DNA from: a virus
Virus record (IMG/VR): IMGVR_UViG_3300002091_000004
Length of the DNA stretch: 50,744 bases
Reading direction: 5' to 3' (one strand)
The translations under genes were made by a program, and so were the position numbers. The first letter of the stretch is position 1, and each line of letters opens with the position of its first letter. The notes below the pieces were generated by a model. That model searched no databases, was not told where the DNA came from, and saw only the letters and a list, made by a program, of their open reading frames with translations. Below are positions 1 to 7,009 of the stretch, piece after piece.

Positions 1-466
1 GATAGACAGTCCAAGGAGCACGGATAGCAAGTTTCTTTACGCCAATCTTACCATCATTATATTTGCTGTTCTTTTTACTGGAACGAGCCTCACCACCACG
101 AACTTTATAGACAGTTTCAAACCATGAAAAACCATAAGTCAAGAAAGACAGGGCTTCTGCAATGTGGTCATCAAGGCTATGGTCCATGTCATCCAGAATG
201 GACTTCATAAAGTCAGCAGCATCTTGGGCAGCAGGAGAGTTATCAATAGGAACAACCTTAATTTCAACATCGCGAAGGGTTTGTTCAACTGCGTACATAA
301 CAGCACCAATAGTGGCATTATTGTCACGCATTTCACGATATTTTTGAATAGCCTTATTGCCACGAAGGTCAACAAGAAATTCATCAGCATAAGGCAAACC
401 TGAATAGGTATTCTGTCCAGAAACCCCAAGTTCAATTTTGCTGGCAGTTTCCGACAGCTTATTCAT
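1..466 (-). CDS. Portal protein, N-terminal fragment (copy of 46603..47068, cut by window start)
   Basis: Same sequence as the 5' part of the 45662..47068 ORF; start codon at 466. Confidence 0.7.
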   Translation of the reverse strand, partial: MNKLSETASKIELGVSGQNTYSGLPYADEFLVDLRGNKAIQKYREMRDNNATIGAVMYAVEQTLRDVEIKVVPIDNSPAAQDAADFMKSILDDMDHSLDDHIAEALSFLTYGFSWFETVYKVRGGEARSSKKNSKYNDGKIGVKKLAIRAPWTVY

Positions 467-474
467 TAGACTAC

Positions 475-1899
475 CTATTGATTTGAAGTTAGACCTTTTG
501 CATCTGAATAGGCCAAATTAAGTGTTGGTTTAGCAATACCTTTAAGGGCAAGGTCAGTCAATGCCCAAACTAGAGCATCAAGACGGTCAGGAGAACCAAT
601 AGAACCCAAAGGTTCCCATTGAACCATTTGATTTTCAAGTTCATCCAATCCCCTAGCATGTTTAACCTTGTGTCTTTCATACAAAGCCGATACTGGTTCA
701 GCACGGGCATACTTACCTTTAGAAGCATGGACCAAGCGAATAGGGATAGTCTCATTAACTGTTTGTAGAGTATGTCTAACCATATCCCCACCTTGATTTC
801 GTTCTGCTACAACACGATCCGCAGTATACTTAAAATAAAGGTCATTGGCTTTAGTAGCCCACTGTTCAGGAGAATATCTGTTTGTGGCATCTTCAAGGAC
901 ATAGCAAACACCATTAAGGTCTATACCTGCCACAACAATGCCAGTCATATCGCTTTCAGCATTAGCTGTAACCGCAGGGTCAATAGCCACAACAACTCTA
1001 GCAAGATTGTTAGCAAACTCTATAGGATCAGGAATATCCATCTCACAGGCTTCAAGAACATCTCTTGTCCACAAAGCACCAGAAGCTTCATCAAGGATTT
1101 CAGCATAAAGTTCTTGACGGCCAAGCCTCGTACCTTCATACAAGTTCTTCACTGTATCAAGATAAGGAGCCGCAAGATTAGCAGAGTTATCAAAAGTTGA
1201 ACCAAAGGTGACAACAGTTGTTTTACCTTTAATAATGTCTCGTACAAGCTTAGTAGGCTTAGGAGTTGTAGTGACACAAACTTGAGGATGCTTGCCAAGA
1301 CGAAGACAAAATTGGAGCATATCCCAAGTGTCTCTATCTCTATTCCAAGCAGCAAGTTCGTCACACCATGCACACTCAAACTGAGGTCCACGAAGACGTT
1401 CAGGTTCTTCAGCAGAGAAGAACTGTACTTGAGCACCATTCTCCCAAGTTAGTGTACGCTTAGTGGGAGACCATACAGGCATACCCATCTTAATACCACG
1501 ATCAGTCTTATCACCAGCCCAACAACGAGCAAGGAAACCAGACTCACCATTAATCATAACTCGTTCAATATCAGAGTTAGTAGCAGCGATAGCAGCAATA
1601 CGTTTTGCACCAGCTTTTACTTTTTCTCTGACCCACTCAACACCAGCACGGGTTTTACCAAAGCCACGACCAGCATTAATAAACCAAGTATTCCAAAGAC
1701 CTTCAGGAGCAAGTTGTGTAGGCCTTGCCCAAAAATGCCAGTTATAGATTAGGGACTTAGCCTTATCGGGATCAAGTTGAGCCAAAAGTTCAGCCACATC
1801 CTCACCCATGCCACGAAGATCATCAGCATGAAGTGCTAGACCATTCTTACCAGTGGGTTCGGGTTTAGGGGCTAACTTTTTGGTGACTCTCTTTACCAT
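475..1899 (-). CDS. terL: Terminase large subunit
   Basis: 474 aa; Walker A-like GRGFGKTR, Walker B-like WCDELAAW; directly upstream of portal gene. Confidence 0.9.
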   Translation of the reverse strand: MVKRVTKKLAPKPEPTGKNGLALHADDLRGMGEDVAELLAQLDPDKAKSLIYNWHFWARPTQLAPEGLWNTWFINAGRGFGKTRAGVEWVREKVKAGAKRIAAIAATNSDIERVMINGESGFLARCWAGDKTDRGIKMGMPVWSPTKRTLTWENGAQVQFFSAEEPERLRGPQFECAWCDELAAWNRDRDTWDMLQFCLRLGKHPQVCVTTTPKPTKLVRDIIKGKTTVVTFGSTFDNSANLAAPYLDTVKNLYEGTRLGRQELYAEILDEASGALWTRDVLEACEMDIPDPIEFANNLARVVVAIDPAVTANAESDMTGIVVAGIDLNGVCYVLEDATNRYSPEQWATKANDLYFKYTADRVVAERNQGGDMVRHTLQTVNETIPIRLVHASKGKYARAEPVSALYERHKVKHARGLDELENQMVQWEPLGSIGSPDRLDALVWALTDLALKGIAKPTLNLAYSDAKGLTSNQ

Positions 1900-2066
1900 T
1901 ATTTCTCAACTGGCTCATATGTGTGACTTTTGTTTCTGATCTTTATTAGAAACTCATCTGGTGGGCTGTAATGAACTAAGTCAAGTTTTCTGATATAGTA
2001 ACCAAACTCTTTTGCAAGGTCTGCAAGTTTTTGAGCCATATCTTCTGGCATTATTGTTGGTTTCAT
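1899..2066 (-). CDS. Hypothetical small protein (55 aa)
   Basis: Below ORF-track cutoff; ATG at 2066, TAA at 1899-1901; TAATG overlaps with both neighbours suggest translational coupling. Confidence 0.45.
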   Translation of the reverse strand: MKPTIMPEDMAQKLADLAKEFGYYIRKLDLVHYSPPDEFLIKIRNKSHTYEPVEK

Positions 2067-2449
2067 TACTCTTCTTTTTCTTTTTTCTTCTTACCTAGCA
2101 AAGCAAGAAGATCGTCAATAGCCCCATTATCAGAGGTTTCATCTTCAGGTTCAGCTTCAATAATGGTTTGAGTTGGCGACCAGCCAGCTTTAGAACGAAG
2201 CACAAGTTCAGCAGCTTTCCAATCACCACTTTTAGCAGCACTGATAACTACATTACCCATTTCTTCTTGTAGGTTAGCCCTAGCATCTGCAATATCAGCA
2301 CGATATGTCTTATACATACCATTCATAGAGGTAGGGGCATCTTTGAATTGTTGAATGTAATCTAGGATTACTCTCATAGCCACACCAGCGCCAATTTGAC
2401 GACGAATAGCTGTAGCAATTTCCATTTTATGTTTAAGTGCTTCAGCCAT
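2066..2449 (-). CDS. Putative terminase small subunit
   Basis: 127 aa from ATG 2449 preceded by AAGGAG; sits just upstream of terL; call by synteny only. Confidence 0.45.
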   Translation of the reverse strand: MAEALKHKMEIATAIRRQIGAGVAMRVILDYIQQFKDAPTSMNGMYKTYRADIADARANLQEEMGNVVISAAKSGDWKAAELVLRSKAGWSPTQTIIEAEPEDETSDNGAIDDLLALLGKKKKEKEE

Positions 2450-2509
2450 TTGTGGCTCCTTTAATGCGCATATAAGCCTTATATGGCTATCTAACTGCCA
2501 CAAAGTAAT

Positions 2510-2585
2510 TGGTGCCCCTGTTCAGAATCGAACTGATTTCCTCGCATTACAAAAGCGAACATCATCCAGTAAATGCTTCAAGGGC
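2510..2585 (-). tRNA. tRNA, anticodon probably UGU (Thr)
   Basis: 76 nt ending CCA; 7-bp acceptor stem GCCCUUG/CAGGGGC, GG in D-loop, T-arm with UUCGAUU loop; hand fold gives loop UU-UGU-AA closed by a U.U mismatch, so isotype is tentative. Confidence 0.6.
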
Positions 2586-2749
2586 CTAGCCTGATAAACA
2601 GGAAATAAGGAACCCTCCAGGGTGCGCCCAACCGATACTCAGTCTATTAATGGCGTGGAGGGTCTATAAACAAAAGGCTCAAACCTAGTTACGCTTCCAT
2701 GATACATGAGATTGTGGGGAAGATTTGTTGTTTTGCCTTTTGTTTATTA

Positions 2750-2778
2750 GATATAATGTTGGTGTTCTGAAAAGTCAA
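2750..2778 (-). promoter_or_regulatory. sigma70-like promoter upstream of tRNA and packaging genes
   Basis: On minus strand TTGACT - 17 nt - TATATC; short version of the repeated cassette. Confidence 0.5.
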
Positions 2779-2897
2779 GGGCAATAGTGATAAAAATATC
2801 ACATATTACGTATTTATTTTTCAAAACACCTAATTTTATCAGTTAAACCACAAAAATATAAAAGTTAACCACAAAAAGTTAACTGATATTTACATGA

Positions 2898-3419
2898 TTA
2901 GCTTCTAAAGTGCAAAGGCATAGTAGTATCCCATCTGTGGATGCTTTTATCCTTTTCCCACTCTCTACGTATAGCTACAGCCTCTTCATAGCTATTTGTT
3001 CTATATACTGCTTGGGTAGGACCCCTTCTAGCTACATAGTAGCCCATAGGCATAATTCTAGCCACACCCTCAACATCAGTCTCAACAGATTTAGGCTTAA
3101 CTACATGTCTGGCAGACAAAGCCTTCTCTGCTTTCTTAACCACAAGAAGATTAGAAAATTCAAAGTTAAGACAATCACCATCTTCAAACTTGATCACTTC
3201 ATCATCTTTAAGGAAGTAGTTCTTGTGAAGGATATATGCTACTCTTGCAGGCTGTAGAGCAATGACTTCATCACCTACCCTAACACCCAAGTACATCTTT
3301 CCACCCTTAGTAGAGTCAAGTAGTCTACCAGACTTCTTACTATAAAACCTACCTTGTTCGTGGTCATACTCAAACTTATTATTGAGTTCCTTGTAGGAGA
3401 ACCCTTTGTATCTTTCCAT
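2898..3419 (-). CDS. HNH_3/AP2-type homing-endonuclease-like DNA-binding protein, catalytic His apparently missing
   Basis: 173 aa; block IKFEDGDCLNFEFSNLLVV resembles the HNH_3 DHxDGNxxNNxxxNL block with F in place of H; C-terminal GYYVARRG..YRTNSYEEAVAIRREW resembles an AP2 domain (by eye). Confidence 0.55.
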   Translation of the reverse strand: MERYKGFSYKELNNKFEYDHEQGRFYSKKSGRLLDSTKGGKMYLGVRVGDEVIALQPARVAYILHKNYFLKDDEVIKFEDGDCLNFEFSNLLVVKKAEKALSARHVVKPKSVETDVEGVARIMPMGYYVARRGPTQAVYRTNSYEEAVAIRREWEKDKSIHRWDTTMPLHFRS

Positions 3420-3615
3420 TGGTACTCTATCCTAGACTGATTACTGATACTCTCTATATACAGATTCTGTACAGTTCTTCAAGTACTATCTTCTAATACT
3501 CTTTATCTCTATAGATAATCATATCCTTGTACGTACAGATATCCTTATACGTACTATCCTTTAAGTAATAGTCTATCTTAGATGGGGATATATTGGGGGG
3601 AACCAACCTTAAAGT

Positions 3616-3644
3616 AATATAGTGTTGGTGTTCTGTAGTGTCAA
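3616..3644 (-). promoter_or_regulatory. sigma70-like promoter upstream of the HNH/AP2 gene
   Basis: On minus strand TTGACA - 17 nt - TATATT, preceded by an A/T tract; core of cassette copy 3583..3670. Confidence 0.5.
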
Positions 3645-4377
3645 GGGGCATTTGTAAAAATATTTGTATATTTATCAAAAATCTTTTTTTTTGTGGAATT
3701 TAGGTCACGAAGGTAAGTCAAATACTTTTTCGTCAAGTCTAGAATGTCACGTTCTTTATGTCAAGGTAAGTATGTCATGTAAGCTTACTATATATAAGGG
3801 GGAGATATGTCACGGCTTGTTCTTTCTTAAAATTTTTCTTATAGATTTCAAGCTGTTACAAAAGTCAGAAATTTTTCTTTTGGATTTATATGGGCTAACC
3901 CACCCCAAACGAATCACCCCCCTATAATCCCAAGGGACCCTAGACTGCTCAGGCTAACGCCCTGCGCCTAGTCAATATCTAATCGTCACTGGTATCGAAA
4001 GAGTTAGACTAGTGTGGCAAATATGTCACTGTAATATAAATGTCACGGCTTCTAACTGTCATGGGATGGTCGGTTGATTTAACTTGACAGTGTGAAATTA
4101 GTAAATCTTTTCCGTAGGATAGCGATTCGGCTAACCCCCCCCCACCTTCAATCAAACTAACACTAGAACACATGCTAGCACTAAAACCCATGCCAGTTTA
4201 CATGCTAACACATTCGAATCCTTGCATATGATCTATCCTGGGTTAGCCTGGCCCGCCATGCTTTGCCACATGCAGAACAAGATAGGCACACAGTCCATAG
4301 GAAGGCCAAGGAAGGGGCAAGCTTGCTTTAGGTACACCTAGATATACCCTAGCAAGCTTGCCTCTCTGGCAGGCCTC

Positions 4378-4479
4378 TTATGAAACCCCTAGCAGGCAAG
4401 CCCCAAAGGACAGGACAACAGCGACAAGCGCCACAAGGGCAAGGGCGTCATATAGCCATGCGCGGATTGTCCCCTTCAT
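4378..4479 (-). CDS. Hypothetical 33-aa membrane peptide
   Basis: MKGTIRAWLYDALALVALVAVVLSFGACLLGVS; start 2 nt after the stop of the upstream 59-aa ORF; below ORF-track cutoff. Confidence 0.3.
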   Translation of the reverse strand: MKGTIRAWLYDALALVALVAVVLSFGACLLGVS

Positions 4480-4480
4480 G

Positions 4481-4660
4481 TCATACCCCCCGATCTGTAT
4501 TGATATTGATCACAAGAACATTGAAGCCGCCAAGTATCAGGTCGGCCTGATAGGCTTGCGCTTGTGCCAGAGTAAACAGTGGCCCAAAGGGCACGATGTT
4601 ATAAGCATTGCATTTTGCGAGACGGTAAGTTTTGAGGCCATAGGCTTTACAGTTTTGCAT
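4481..4660 (-). CDS. Hypothetical 59-aa protein
   Basis: MQNCKAYGLKTYRLAKCNAY...; same strand as the 523-aa ORF upstream; below ORF-track cutoff. Confidence 0.35.
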   Translation of the reverse strand: MQNCKAYGLKTYRLAKCNAYNIVPFGPLFTLAQAQAYQADLILGGFNVLVININTDRGV

Positions 4661-4693
4661 TGGTGTCTTTCCAGATATTTGATTGTTTAGTTA

Positions 4694-4725
4694 ATAAGGC
4701 GAATTGACCGCCTTATCTGTTTTTT
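4694..4725 (+). terminator. Rho-independent terminator, plus-strand orientation
   Basis: Stem ATAAGGCG / CGCCTTAT, loop AATTGAC, followed by CTGTTTTTT on the plus strand only. Confidence 0.55.
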
Positions 4726-4738
4726 CATGTGGCAAGCT

Positions 4739-6310
4739 TTAGGCCGCAATTACAACAGGCAAAAGCCTTTCAATTGCAATGGCCTTATAGTCGCCAACAT
4801 TGCCTGACAAGTAGAATTCGTCGGTGTCTAGTTCAGTATGATGAATCCAATTACCGTCCGGCAATTCTACCATTTCACCGGATTCGTACAGTTCGCCATT
4901 GTCACTTGAAACCATATAATCCTTTCCCGTTCCAATTAGATCATTCGGGATATAATCGCAAAGCTCTTCCGAATAGGTCACGGAATCTTCCTTAAAGAAT
5001 TCGCCTTCAATTTCGGAGTAAAGGAAATTATTTTGTGCGTACTCTTGTGAGTAAGTGCTAGACCCCCGATATTGGCGACCGGACCATGTGGTGCAAATTT
5101 CATATACTGTCACCGAATCCGAATTAAGGACATATTCGCCAAGCCCCTCGCAATACGTCAATTCGCTATCAGTGCAAGACTCGCAATAACAGGAATCGCC
5201 CATGATTTGATATACATCATCCTCAAAAATGTCTTCGTTGCATTCCGCGCAACATCCCACGCATTCCTTTCCATATATATAACCATTCGTGTTCTTGGGG
5301 CGTTCTCCCCTATCGCCAAGCGTCCAGAACTTGCCGCAATCGCTTAGGGTCAAAGACGTTTCAAGGTCCACATAAGGCATAATATAGCCGCCACAATGGC
5401 GCTTGATTGCCAGTAGCTTTGCACCTTGCCAAGCATAATCTGAGACCTCTTTTCCATCATATCCCCTTGAAACAAGATAGGCCAAGATCGTGTCAAAGGC
5501 TTGATCCGAATTGGTGTAAACCGGACCCGGAAAGAAAACCTCTCTTTCGCCTTGCTTGACGTTCACAACAACACGCGCAGCAACTTTGCCATTTTGATCC
5601 GTGGCGTAAATGGATTCAAAATCGCCGCTTGCATATACAGTTGCGGGATGGCCCTCTGTAAACCCAAAATCGTAACGCATACAAGAACCCGATAGAGACT
5701 TAGAATAAAGCCCTTTCTTGTGGCCATAATAAGGATTGAGACACTTTGTCTGTAAGTGTGTATCCACATACGCCGCAGCAAAAGATTCCTTGTCTTTTCC
5801 TGTTACAATATTGAGAACAACCGGGCTAAAAAGTTCTTTCCACTGTTCTGCAAACCAAGTGCAAGACGATTCATCTAGAAAGGGCAGGATCTTTTTGATC
5901 ATTTTTCCCGGCTTGCCTATGGTCTGGACGCCAAGACCATCATCAGTGATCTTTTCAAGTTTTGCCTTGGATTCGTAAATTGCCATAAGGTTGGGGTCTT
6001 TTAGGGCAAGGTTCGGTTGGAAGCAATAATGCAAGACGATTCGATTATAGCGGTAAAAAGCGCACAATTCGCGCAATTCCGCATTGTCGCAATTGTCTTG
6101 GAAACGCCAAAGCAGATTCTCAATAAGAGCGTTTAGCCTATAATTAGAGTCGCGCTTGTAATAAGCCGGGGCCATGATACGCCGAGCTTTATGCGTGTTA
6201 TCAAACAAGGTGGACTCGCGGAAAGAAAAGCCCATTGCTTCAAGCTGGGCACAAAAAATTTCGTCAGGGGTTTTGACAGTTTCGGCGGGTTGGATAGCGT
6301 CTTGAGTCAT
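4739..6310 (-). CDS. Hypothetical 523-aa protein with Cys-rich zinc-ribbon-like C-terminal half; no family recognised
   Basis: Long uninterrupted ORF; ATG 6310 preceded by GAGGAAAC; cluster CVGCCAEC..(14 aa)..CYCESC..C; visibly GC-richer codon usage than the rest of the genome. Confidence 0.6.
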   Translation of the reverse strand: MTQDAIQPAETVKTPDEIFCAQLEAMGFSFRESTLFDNTHKARRIMAPAYYKRDSNYRLNALIENLLWRFQDNCDNAELRELCAFYRYNRIVLHYCFQPNLALKDPNLMAIYESKAKLEKITDDGLGVQTIGKPGKMIKKILPFLDESSCTWFAEQWKELFSPVVLNIVTGKDKESFAAAYVDTHLQTKCLNPYYGHKKGLYSKSLSGSCMRYDFGFTEGHPATVYASGDFESIYATDQNGKVAARVVVNVKQGEREVFFPGPVYTNSDQAFDTILAYLVSRGYDGKEVSDYAWQGAKLLAIKRHCGGYIMPYVDLETSLTLSDCGKFWTLGDRGERPKNTNGYIYGKECVGCCAECNEDIFEDDVYQIMGDSCYCESCTDSELTYCEGLGEYVLNSDSVTVYEICTTWSGRQYRGSSTYSQEYAQNNFLYSEIEGEFFKEDSVTYSEELCDYIPNDLIGTGKDYMVSSDNGELYESGEMVELPDGNWIHHTELDTDEFYLSGNVGDYKAIAIERLLPVVIAA

Positions 6311-6349
6311 TGTGTTTCCTCTTGAGGATTTAAGCGGCAAGGCCGCAAG

Positions 6350-6402
6350 GTTAAGCTACTTTTTAGCTTATCAATTCACTCTTTTTAAGAGTGAACCTTA
6401 AG
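6350..6402 (-). repeat. Two-hairpin leader element, copy 1 (upstream of the 523-aa ORF)
   Basis: TAAGCTA-N5-TAGCTTA then TTCACTC-N7-GAGTGAA; near-identical block at 6621..6671. Confidence 0.6.
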
Positions 6403-6600
6403 CGGAAAAGATTCCACTATTTTTCCGTTAGTCTTGTCTGTTATTACCACGCACCAAAGAGTCTTTTTATCTATTGTGTGTCTGTCCATAAAAACGTCTA
6501 GATGTGTTTTTGCGGCTTCTATAGAAGCAAACAAAACAGGGTAAAAATCCGTTCCATATGGCATGTCATTAATTCTATAGTTAGCTTCTATTTGATACAT
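6385..6600 (-). CDS. Hypothetical protein (71 aa)
   Basis: ORF-track entry; AAGGA 9 nt upstream of ATG; first gene of the minus-strand island. Confidence 0.5.
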   Translation of the reverse strand: MYQIEANYRINDMPYGTDFYPVLFASIEAAKTHLDVFMDRHTIDKKTLWCVVITDKTNGKIVESFPLKVHS

Positions 6601-6620
6601 AGCATTGAGTCCTTGTTTGG

Positions 6621-6671
6621 TTGCTAGTTTTTAGCTTATCAATTCACACTGTTTTTAAGTGTGAACCTTAA
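6621..6671 (-). repeat. Two-hairpin leader element, copy 2 (upstream of the 71-aa ORF)
   Basis: GCTA-N5-TAGC then TTCACAC-N9-GTGTGAA; stem position 6 changed T-A to A-T relative to copy 1 (compensatory). Confidence 0.6.
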
Positions 6672-6880
6672 ACTAAAAAGGCCTAGCCTTACAACAGGCG
6701 CGTCAATTCAATGACATTCGCACTCGACCGAGTCGTTAACCCGATTCCCCCTTTACCTATATGGCAAGGCGGCTTATTTAGCTAGGCTTTAGACGGGTCA
6801 GGTACGGGGCCTTTCCGGCGCGGTTTCCTTTCATCTGAAACAACATTTAAAGCGATTCGTTGGGACTGTAAACCCCCTAT

Positions 6881-7009
6881 CTAGCATGACAGGGCAAGCT
6901 CGATCGGGACCTAGCATGACAGGGCAAGCTCGATCGGGACCTAGCATGACAGGGCAAGCTCGATCGGGACCTAGCATGACAGGGCAAGCTCGATCGGGAC
7001 CTAGCATGA
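6881..7009. repeat. Perfect 30-bp tandem repeat, 4.3 copies
   Basis: CTAGCATGACAGGGCAAGCTCGATCGGGAC x4 plus CTAGCATGA; each unit contains CGATCG (GATC). Confidence 0.95.

Larger units (their letters stand above)
1..4142. repeat. Terminal direct repeat, left copy (same sequence as 46603..50744)
   Basis: Every ORF-track entry from 162 to 4191 recurs with an identical peptide at +46,602 nt; spot-checked sequence lines are identical; unit genome 46,602 bp. Confidence 0.9.

Noticed and set aside
2613-2660. Second tRNA upstream of the annotated one
   Set aside because: The 7-bp CCCTCCA/TGGAGGG helix encloses only 34 nt and has no T-loop, so it is too short for a tRNA. It is noted only as a structured leader element.
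3493-3927. Track ORFs 3493..3678 (-) and 3664..3927 (+)
   Set aside because: They lie in AT-rich, repeat-filled DNA that contains the cassette promoter and the ATGTCAC boxes. Their composition is poor, so they are treated as non-coding.
1-4142. Reading the 4.1-kb repeat as a true long direct terminal repeat
   Set aside because: The boundary falls inside the portal ORF at one side and inside a homopolymer at the other. A circular-assembly overlap is the more economical explanation, though it cannot be proven from sequence alone.
4358-4690. Plus-strand 110-aa track ORF in the island
   Set aside because: It has a TTG start and Arg/Ser/Thr/Ala-rich low-quality composition. It overlaps two better-formed, closely spaced minus-strand small ORFs. 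It is kept only as a possible non-coding plus-strand transcript.
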